Assembly (NCBI GenBank): GCA_000708835.1
Contig: DF237423.1
Span: 1-64,000, forward strand
Direction of reading: 5' to 3'
DNA: 64,000 nt
Source: Klebsormidium nitens
Taxonomy: Eukaryota; Plantae; Klebsormidiophyceae
Shown: one piece after another, positions 47,461 to 57,200 of the stretch
Layout: every line of letters begins with the position of its first letter
How positions within the stretch are numbered: the stretch's first letter is position 1
Notes under the pieces: model-generated
What the model was told of the DNA's origin: nothing
Database searches by the model: none
Seen by the model: the letters and a program-made list of their open reading frames with translations, nothing else
Program-made: the position numbers and the translations under genes

Positions 47461-50400
47461 ATGCCGCGCCACCGCGCAACTCCCGGCCCGACGTCCAACA
47501 CCCGCACGGGGGGCCGGAAAGGCACCATGCCTGAGCCCCCCGCTGACCTCCCCAAGGAAGAAGAGCCTCAACCCACTGATGAGGAACAACCTGCAGACAC
47601 CAAAGAGGACAACGCAAACGGCAAGAGGTCGGCTGAGGGGGAGGCGTCGGGGGGAACTATGGTGGGGTTGAAGCGGCAGAAGATGGCGAGTGGGCGGCAT
47701 GGGCTGGTGGTGGTGCCCAGGATTCCGTACCAGTACTTTGTCACCAAGGTGAGGAGAAGGGGCGTTTGAGGGGCCTTAATGCTTCTGTGCTAAATGTTGA
47801 GCTGCTTGCAAACGGGGTACAAGGGTGGTGTCATGATGTCAGGCCGCAGGGGGCGGTGAGTGACTTGGTGGGTTGTCTTTGTAGGCTGCCGCATATTGAA
47901 CACATGTTGAGCTTGAGATTATAGGTTGAACAAGTGGGAAAGCAACGTAGCTCGCACTGATGGCGCATGCATGACGACCAAGCCTGTTTGCATCTTTGGT
48001 GACTCGGGTTTTCGTCCTTAATATTATGTTTCTGAACAAGTTTTTTCCGGCATGCAAGTAGTTCCTTCCTCTGGTCAAAGTGTCAGCTAGAAAGCATGGC
48101 ATGAGTGCTTCCAGGTAAATCCTTTCATATAGGACTTGTGTCTTCCATGACAGGGGTTTGGGGACACTGACGAGGGCGCTGGGAGTGATCCATACGAGAC
48201 GGGCTCATATGACATGGCGCTTGAGATGGCTAAGATCCACCAGTTCAACATATTACAGGTGCGCACCTTCAGAGTGCACCGCAGCAAAATCCGTACGTTT
48301 GTTTACTTGACATGTGCCCTTTTGCTTCCTTGTACTTTTCTTTTAAGAACGCAACCCTTCTGTAGCAAAACTTGAAATTGGGCACAATCCAAGTTGGATA
48401 TGTGAGCTCAATGGGTGTTTGTTAAACATGGCTTCCACTTCTACTGCCTGGCATGCGTTCTTTAGCTTGTCACGCGTTACAAGCTCCCTTTGGATCTCTC
48501 TCACTTTTCCTTCTTTGCAGTACACATCGGTTCTGCCCCCGGAAGCACATGAGACGCCCCTTGAAAATGCAGAGCCTAACTTCATGCATGGTGAGTATCT
48601 TTGCTTTTCTCAATTGATGTAATAGGTGCTTAAAGTTGGACTGAGAAACTAGTTGCTGTACCTGATTGATCACGTCCGGATCAGTTTGATGATCTGGACG
48701 TGATCATGCATGAGGTGACCCTTCGTTTTGTAGGAGACATATGCTGGTCGGTTGTGCATCTAGCAGTGACGCTACCTCGTATGGGCATGGAAATTGAGCT
48801 TCTGGACTAGGCTGAAGAGCTGAGAACTAGTGACCAGGCGGCCCAGCTTACGAATATCTAAGGACCAACGCACACATTCTGTGCACTGCTTGCTGCCGCA
48901 GTTATCTGGATCTATCACGTTCTGCATTCCCGCTTGTCATTGCGGACGGGGCCACTTCGTAAAGTTGCGCGCTGATTCAACGAGGGGACCAAGGCGACCA
49001 TTATTCAGACTCGTCGTCACACACAAGTCAAAAGCATAGGTTCGAATAGGCCGTTCAATAGCCTGAGGCAATACAAAACGTGCTGGGCTCAAGACAGAGT
49101 CATTCATGCTGACGTCGCAACTTGCTGGACAGTTAACTTCTGTGGCCGACCGAGAAGCTAAGAGGTCCGAGATTGTTTGGCCGGAATCTAGAAAGGTAGT
49201 TCCGTTGCAGGTGCCGTTTTGGAGACCATCATGTCCGTGATGCATGGAACCAAGGGCGACCGGATCTGCGCCGGCATTGGCCGAATCCATGTAAGGCTCC
49301 CGATGACGTCGCAGGAACAAGTTTGTTGTTTCTTGGGTTGATAATATTTCTGCCGTGTCTCCTTACTCCGTCGTCATCAAAATTAGCTCAAATCTTCTGT
49401 CAAAGTTTTAAGAGTCTTCTGGGAAGAGTGCTTCCAACTGCTTACATTTATGGTGCTGTGGTTATATGTGCACGTAAAGATTATCATGGACTACAGTATG
49501 TGCAAGGCGTGCCTCGATGCCTTCGGCGGCCAGAAAGCTTCTGCGGGAAATGCCACTGTTTCGGAGAAGCAGAGTGTTCGAGCGGCTGAACAAGTCGCTT
49601 CTCGTGTAGGTGCGGCGCAAGAAGGACAAGTTCGTCATTGGAGGCTACGCTGCAGGTGAGCCAACTCTTCTTTTTCTGTCTCTGAACCAGAAGCGCATTC
49701 AGTTTTTCGTGCTGATGATCAATCTGGTTGCGTATAGTGCTTAAGGAATGCTTGAGGACGAGACGGACAAAAGTGAGCACTGCCACAACGTTCTCGTCCA
49801 GAATTGATATAATACCTCTGCTTGCCTTGCCACGCTTTGACAGGCGCTCTCTTTAGAAACCTTTTGCCTTTCCTTCACGGTTTGCGTACCGGATGTCGAA
49901 CAGTCTGTGTCATCCAATTTGTCAACTCGACCAGATGACTTAGAAAATGTGCTGTCGCCAACCCAAAAGCAAGCGCATTTTGAAAGAGCTGCTAAGTGAG
50001 CTCACCTCCTTGCCTCCTAGCACATAACATGCGCCCCAAATTGTTGCGATCATCTGCCATTGCTGGCTTCAATCCAAGATCGAGCGGAAGACGTCTAGTC
50101 ACAGACTCGTCTGCGTTACAGATCTGCCCACTTCGAATTGATTGCAATACAAGCTGATTAAGTTGCTATGTTCTCAATTTCCAAGGCAATCAATCTTGAC
50201 TCGATGTCAACCTTGTTTGCAGAGTACAAGGGCCACGCGTGCGCAGCCGACGCGACCAAGTCCCTCCAGGACGACTTGCGTGGGATCGTCGAGCGGCGGT
50301 ACGACACCAACGAGTATGAGAGTTTCGGAGAGGACTACACCGTGCAAGTGAGGATGAGACTCCCCTCCCACCGTGTTTGCTTCTAAGGAAACATGTTGGC

Positions 50401-51022
50401 ATCTCGGATGAGATCTTTTGTGATCTTCCGCACTATGCGTATGCTTCTGCGTACAGCCTGCAAAGCCCAAAGCTCGTGCACTTGTGTCGAAAGAGTTGCG
50501 ATGCTTCGTTTGGAAACACGTGTTCCGACTTCTAATACTGGACGCGGAAATGCCTCCTGGCGTCAGTAACTTTCTTTTGTTGTGGTCGACGAGAAGCATT
50601 AAGGAGGCAGGCCAGCCTCATTTCCATCCTTTCAATATCGAGGACCCGTGTTGCCCCGACATTCTGACGTTGTCATTTGTGCCGCCCTATGTTGCCACGA
50701 CTTTGCTTAACGGTCGCGTTGAGCATTGCAAGCTCTCATACGAAGTCCCCCTTAATTGGACCATGCGAACTCCTCTTCAAAGTGCACTTCGAGCTTGCCC
50801 TTTTACCTTCAAACAGAGAGAGCTTCCATTCCTACATCTTTGTTTCAGTCTCCCGCAGCTTTAAATGCACATCCGAGGGGACCGATTGCTTGTGCCTTGA
50901 CTCGCTCAGTGCCATGTTATATCGGGGTGGCATTTCTGCAGGAGCACGAAGTTAAGAAGGGCTACGGAACTGTGCTGGCTGCCATCTGCTTCACATCCTA
51001 CATCATGCCGGAGATCGTCTAG
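47461..51022 (+). CDS. Pyruvoyl-dependent arginine decarboxylase proenzyme (AaxB/PvlArgDC type); 7 exons, about 264 aa
   Basis: Exons 47461-47748, 48154-48258, 48521-48590, 49211-49290, 49610-49655, 50223-50347 and 50942-51022 splice in frame to ...RIPYQYFVTKGFGDTDEGAGSDPYETGSYDMALEMAKIHQFNILQYTSVLPPEAHE...FMHGAVLETIMS...ICAGIGRIH...VIGGYAAEYKG...KSLQDDL...KKGYGTVLAAICFTSY...*. This is collinear with chlamydial AaxB motifs (ALxxAKIxxFNIxxYTSVLP, HGAVLExIM, IGGxAAEY). Confidence 0.88.
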
Positions 51023-52205
51023 AGCCGAGATTGGCAGTTGTACCACGCGATCCGACAGAGACTGCGGCCACTGCCCAGCTCGTACCACCGCAGGAGGTGC
51101 TGACTGCTTAACAGCCGGGGCAGATACGGTGGCAAGTTTCTGGGAGAACGCGGCTAGCAATGTCCGTCCCCGCCTCAGTTTTGTAGGGCCAGATAGCTGC
51201 AGAGACTGTTGTGATAGATCGAGGAACCGAGTGTGACCTTAGTTACCGTGATCGGATTGAAATCTTGTAGAATAGTATGCCCGCGTGCGATTCTGTAAGG
51301 GGTGACTGTATCTGACGTATGTGCTCCGAAAAGTTGCACATGCATGCATGCTATGGACTCCGGAAGCACATCTGAAAGGCAATAAAAGCTTGCCCGTCAA
51401 GTGGTCAGTACGTGCAAATATCAAAGTATGGTGTTTGCAAACATATGTAATCTTGTAGTAGCTCAATGCGTGTAGGTATTTGCCCGGTATTTGGAGTTCA
51501 CGCTGCGCTTGAGCAAGCGGCCTATATGCGCATGTTTCCTCAGTGGATAGCTGGATGCTTGCATCGCTCAGATCAGTGAGTAGTTCATGAGCAGTTCATG
51601 AGCAGCTCTTGAGGCTTCTCGTTTTTGCCCTATTATCGTCAGCGCATCTCGGTCAGCTTGCAGCGCAGCCAGGCTAGAGCCGTTCACCATCGATTGGCTC
51701 GCGCGGTTCAGAGCACTTTGGGGGCGGGGCCTCTGGCCATGTCCGGTTTTCTCTGTCGCGTTGATTTGTTCACGATTGCTGGAGGGAGGCGTAGCAGTGA
51801 GGAGTGATATTTGAGGTGCATGAGGCTAGCTGTGGCACTCACATGCGACTTTGAGTTGGCTTGGCCAAAGACCATTGTTTGTATTGTTATTGCATGTTAT
51901 TGTTATTCTTGTTCAACAATTGATTGCGCTCAAAGTTACATCATTAATTGCACGGCTGGCCATTGTAGGGTAATCACATATGTACTGACTCAGGCCAGCT
52001 ATATTGTTCCATTCGACGACAATGATCATGCATTCCTTGTAGGATCATGTGTTGCGATACAAGACTCTGTTTGACCACGCATTGAAGTGGAGTAAATATA
52101 TAGACTCGAATGCATGGCGATTGTAATGTACTTAAAGTCTGACACTTTTCAGTCGTAAGAACATGCGCGTCGCGGGGTAAGAACCTCACTTAATATTGCT
52201 CAATG

Positions 52206-53570
52206 TCAACGTTCCATGTTCTCAAGCTCAAAGATCACTCCTGGAAATGTTCTCTGTAGCTTGAAGAAGCTGTTCATAGAGTCAATCAGGCCATCCGTTT
52301 CCTCACTCCTTTCTGAATCTAACATCACGTATACCTCAACTGCGACTTTCTCAAGAAGCGGGGAGTTTGGAAGGAGGCTATGCAGATTCTTGGTCAATTC
52401 CAGAAGGTCAAAAATATCGAGATTACAAAACCTGAGATGCCGTAGGTGCCTTAGGCTAGGACCCCGCTCCATCAGGCCGCTCGGTGGCAATTTGGATGTT
52501 TCCACTTTGAGGTATTCCAGCAAAGGATTTGAGATTGCCACTTTTTGAAGCATCACTGTCAGGTTGATCTCCATCTCGTCATCATCCAAGCCCAGTACCC
52601 CTTGATTGAACGTGAAATCCTGAAGACTGGGGCTATTGTCGAGCAGCTGAACCGTCTGCTCCCAAGTAGCATTGATCAAATCCAGAGCCGTCAACGAAAG
52701 CAGCTTGTGTCTGACAACCAAGGTAAACCGATCTTCTTCGAAGTCGTCGTTTTTCCTATGTTCCTCCTCGAAGCGCAGCGAAATACGCTGAAGGCTGGGG
52801 GTGGACGTAAGGTCGATGCGAAGCGCTTCAGCACGAGAAGCTAAGTCGAGGTTCAAGCTTTCCAACCTCTCAAAGTTCAAGCACAGCGTTCCTTCCAGTC
52901 TCCCTTGAAGAGAAAGGCTCTTCAGAAAAGGGCATGCCTGTGTCAAGCTAACCTGGTTCAGCACCCCGACCAACTGATCCCCGCTGCAATTCGAGAGCCT
53001 CAACTCGGAAAGGTTGTTGGGGAAGGAAAGCTGCCATGAGCATCCTTGGTGTCGAAAAACCTTCCTCGTGCATAATTTGAGCCGCTTCAGATTGCTGCAC
53101 CGCGAGAGAGACTCCAGCATGAAGTCGGTGAAAGTGAGCTCGTTTTCGTCAAAGGGTGGTATGTCGAAGCGCTCCTCACTAATGATGAAGGCGTATGGAT
53201 CGTGGTAGGTAAAGTCTTCGAGAGTATCCCTCAGAGACTCAATCCACTTGGCGGGAAAGACCTCAGACAGCTTGCAGCTATTCCCTGCGCTCTTGCAACT
53301 GTCGCAATGGCGATCTACAATTCTCAGTCGCAGGGTTTTCACGTTCTGCGCCTGTGCAAGGAAGCGGCCGTATGCTTTGGTGGACTGGCAGTCCTCCCTG
53401 CTGGCACAAGTCATGCAGCCGATCTCTAACTCCACATCCTTGATACCTCTGGCTGCCCTACGGAATGCTTTGCTCACTCCTGATATTTGCAACAACTCCT
53501 TCATGCTGAAACCCTTCATCAGAATCACGGTGAGCAGATCTGTTGGAAGGACTTGAATAGGAGGAGCCAT
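52206..53570 (-). CDS. F-box/LRR-like protein, single exon
   Basis: The ORF is uninterrupted. It has an F-box-like N-terminus (IQVLPTDLLTVILMKGFSMKELLQISGVSKAFRR) and many LxxLxL repeats (LKRLKL, LSELRL, LESLNL, LQRISL, LRHLRF). The first ATG is at 53570; the ORF track extends to a TTG at 53627. Confidence 0.8.
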   Translation of the reverse strand: MAPPIQVLPTDLLTVILMKGFSMKELLQISGVSKAFRRAARGIKDVELEIGCMTCASREDCQSTKAYGRFLAQAQNVKTLRLRIVDRHCDSCKSAGNSCKLSEVFPAKWIESLRDTLEDFTYHDPYAFIISEERFDIPPFDENELTFTDFMLESLSRCSNLKRLKLCTRKVFRHQGCSWQLSFPNNLSELRLSNCSGDQLVGVLNQVSLTQACPFLKSLSLQGRLEGTLCLNFERLESLNLDLASRAEALRIDLTSTPSLQRISLRFEEEHRKNDDFEEDRFTLVVRHKLLSLTALDLINATWEQTVQLLDNSPSLQDFTFNQGVLGLDDDEMEINLTVMLQKVAISNPLLEYLKVETSKLPPSGLMERGPSLRHLRHLRFCNLDIFDLLELTKNLHSLLPNSPLLEKVAVEVYVMLDSERSEETDGLIDSMNSFFKLQRTFPGVIFELENMER

Positions 53571-53676
53571 TGGGCTTTCTCCTTGCTGCTTCTCTCTCCA
53601 GCTTCTTGTTCTCTGCCACGACGTCAAGCCTCCCTCACCCTCGAAACGCCCAAAGCAGAATGCGGCAATGCAGCCA

Positions 53677-53864
53677 ATTAAATGCTAATCAATGCAGCTA
53701 CATGCAGTATGATTACACGCGCACGCGCGCGTAAGACCTTACGGTTAAGGCGGCCAGGCCGGCCGCGCGTCTCAAAGGGGCGTGAGTCCACGGTCCGCGA
53801 CGCTCGGCTGGGGGCCCCGCCGGCCCGTGCATGCATTGCTGGGATTGCATGAATTAGCTATAAT
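53677..53864. mobile_element. Possible old MITE: imperfect ~40-bp inverted arms around a GC-rich palindromic core
   Basis: The left arm attaaatgctaatcaatgca...cacg aligns loosely with the reverse complement of the right arm (attatagctaattcatgca...cacg). Confidence 0.3.
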
Positions 53865-54257
53865 GTAAGATCTAATACGTGCTTCAGTCACACCGTACTG
53901 GAAAATAGGTAGCTTAGTAGGACATCGCACCCATGCGCAGATCAGGCTAGCAGGAGGCTAGCAGCGTCGCCGCGTGAATTCTTGAAAGCAAATGATATCC
54001 TTGTATTCACGACTGCATGAGGGGGTGGCTGCAACAGCTGCACCCACTTTAAAGGTCAAGTCAGAGTCAAACATGTGATCATTCAGTGAAGATAATATGA
54101 AGCTTCGCTCGCTAGCCAGGCGGCCATTTGAGCCTGGTCGGGCACATATATGCAACCCCACTTTCCAACTCAAAGTTAGTCACCCAGCCTCCATCGCCTT
54201 CACGCCTTCATTTGGTAGCATTACAGTACTCTTGATGAGCGCCTTTGGTTTCTGGAC

Positions 54258-57200
54258 TCAATTCTGATCATTCGGAGACAGCCGACGAGCTACAAACATA
54301 CGTTGTTTGTCAGATTATGCTGCTGAAGGGTGATAAGAGCGGACGACAAATCCTCACAGCATCCCCCCTTGCGGTCCTCCGCTTTGCGACCCTAACGGCA
54401 CAAACAACGAGCCCACATTTGCAATAAACATCATACTCGTTTCGGAACCGTTTGCGCTTTTGCCATGGATGTCCCGAGTCACGGCGTCCAGAGCCCCTTG
54501 CAGGTTTTTCTCCTGCGGACTTCCGGACATCACCGCAATCAATGCCATGCGGGCCTCGTCGCGCACAACACCCGCCACACCTAGTTGCCCCGCCGCAGCT
54601 TCCGCCGCCCCAGGCCGCGCTTTGGACCGCGGATCCACCGTAACGCCCATGTCCAGATGTTTCTTCTTCCCATCGATCCCGTCGCCCGTTTTCCGCACGT
54701 TGCCCGTTACACCGGTCCTCCCTGTCGAAGAACTCCCCCTCTTGCCAGCAACACGTCTTCCGCTTTCTACTGGACCGTCACCAACCGGCCGACTACGTTC
54801 TTCCACTTCAAACGACGTAGAAGTCCCCCCGCCTGCGCTGCGCCCCGCCCCTCTCTCCCGGTATTTCAGCGCCAGCTTCGCCTCGACGGAAGCTTTGAGC
54901 GCCTCCCACTTCTGCTGCCGCACGTCCGCGCTCGTTCCCGGGCTCCCCTTCAGCGTGTCTTTGACCGCAGCCTTGACCGCGTTCCACTCTTGCTGACTAA
55001 TGAACCGGCCACTCGCAGCCTGTGTATGTCCCCCGCTTCCGGGCACCCCCACCGAGCGACCCGGCTGATCCCCAGAATGCGAATCTGAAACTTCAGACGC
55101 ACTCTTCGAGTGCGCAACCCCTTCGGCCTCTTGTGAGTGTCCCTTAGCGGATGATAAGCTCACAGAATTATCGTCCCGTCGTTCGCTTCCCCCCTCTTCT
55201 TCCGCCCTCAGACCCTCCCCGCTACTCGCTTTTCTCCCGTTCCCAAGCCCCCCGCCAATCCGCCTCTCTGCATCCGCGTTTCCGGTCCCCGTACCACTCC
55301 CCAAATTTTCGGACGGCACCCCGTGCCCCTCCGCCGAACGCCCCCCCGCGTCCGCACCCTCTGCCACCTGCTCCAACACGTACTGCCGGTTCCAGAAGGG
55401 GCCCCGTCGGACGATCTCCCACCCCGGCCCTCTGTTCACAACCACTCCGTCCCGGGTCCGCCCGCTTCCGGACAGGGCCTCTCGCCCGTTCCGCTTAAAC
55501 GCCGGATGGTCCATTATGATTTCCCACCACGGCTTGTCCGCGGCTCCTCCAGCCGTCCGCCGACTGCTGGAACCGTCCGCAGAGTGAGCGCCCACTCCGC
55601 TGTCGATTCCGTTCCGCTGATCCGAAGTGCCCCCTGTGTAATCGCCGTCGGCGGGATCCCTTCCCAGTAAGTCGTCCGCATTACCTTTCGCGGTGCCAAT
55701 TGTCCGTTCCGGATTCTCACGACTCCTCGGAGAGTCTGCCTGCTCATTCATCCCCGCATCACTTCCGCTTCCAACCTGGGAACCCACTCGCGCTCCCCCG
55801 TCAAACCCCGAGTTCCGTTTCGCTTCGACTTCCCTCACCACATCGCCCAATAAGCTGCTGCCAGGTGGCCCGCTGTCCTTGAAGGCATCCGGTCCCCACC
55901 GCCGGATTCCGCCCCTCTCGCCGGATTCCGCCGTCGCCCCGCCCTCAGACTCCTTCAAGCGGTGCGCCAACTCCTGCTTGAGCCGCTCCTGGGCGATGGC
56001 GGCCGCCTCAGCAGCTGCGGCGCAGTCCTCGAAGCTGTCGACTGAGATGGAGAAGTGCGGCTGGAGGCCCACCGCGCTGCGGCCCCACTTGTTGCCGAGT
56101 ACCACGTCGTCGAAAAGGTCCTGGAGAAGGATGGGTTCAGATATTTTCGATACAGTAGAACGAGCGGAACGATGATGTGGAATAGCAATGCGAATCTTCT
56201 TGTTGCCAAGGACTACGTCGTCGAAAAGGTCCTGCAAAAGGATAGGTTGAGAAAATTTCGATACAGCAGAATGAGCGGATGATACTATAACGGCCCGCTG
56301 CGGCCCCACTTGTTGCCAAGGGCTACGTCGTCAAAAAGGTCCTGGAGAAGGAGCAACACCTTGAGGTGCGGAAAGCCGACCAGCCGAACGACGGGCCGGA
56401 GGCTGAACGTCCAGGAAGTTACGTCGTCAAGGAAAGTTTTAGAGGTGATGCAACTGATCTGAAACGGGTCAGCACACCAGGAAAACTGATATGAAAAGAG
56501 AGTTGTATGTTCAGAAGAAAGCGGCGGCCGTCTTGTTGGTCAACCTTCTGACGAGAACCTGAGCTGATTTCAGAGGAGTGTATCAAGGTCAAGGCAGAAT
56601 TTGAAGAGCTCAAAAGGCTGGTTTAGGGCCTGATGCAACAGAGAACGTCAAAGTGTAATGAGTGGTGCGTTTGGATCGGACAATCTTGCATGAGCAGGAC
56701 GGCTTAAGTACGGAGAGGCAAGCACCCTGCTCTTCGCAATTCAACTGCCCGAAGGCGAGAATTTTCATACAACTTGAGGTTGGACAAAAGGATGCATGCT
56801 CCCCGGCCCCTTTCTCGCGGGATTGGGTGTCGACGCAGCGGCCCTCGAACAGCTCGAGTCCGGTGCCATTCACTGACAGCCCAGGCCTCTGTTCTTCTAA
56901 CTGTCCTTCCTTGCGCTCCAAAAAACTTTCTCAGAGACGAGACCTCCTGATCCAAAACCGAAAGGCCCTGCTCACCTGCGCATACACCGCCGCCAGGTTG
57001 AGCAGAATCTTGTCGACTCCCGCGCTCGTCCCAGACGGGGCCTCCTCCATCAGATCCTTCACATCGCTCGGTTCCAGCAGGCTGGTGTCCTCTTCGAGCC
57101 CGTCCGCATCGGAGGGGGGTGCTCCTAGCCCGCCGGGGGGGGCCCCCGGATCGAGGGAACTGTAGCGCTGCGCGCGGCGCGTGCGGATGAGGCCCTCAAA

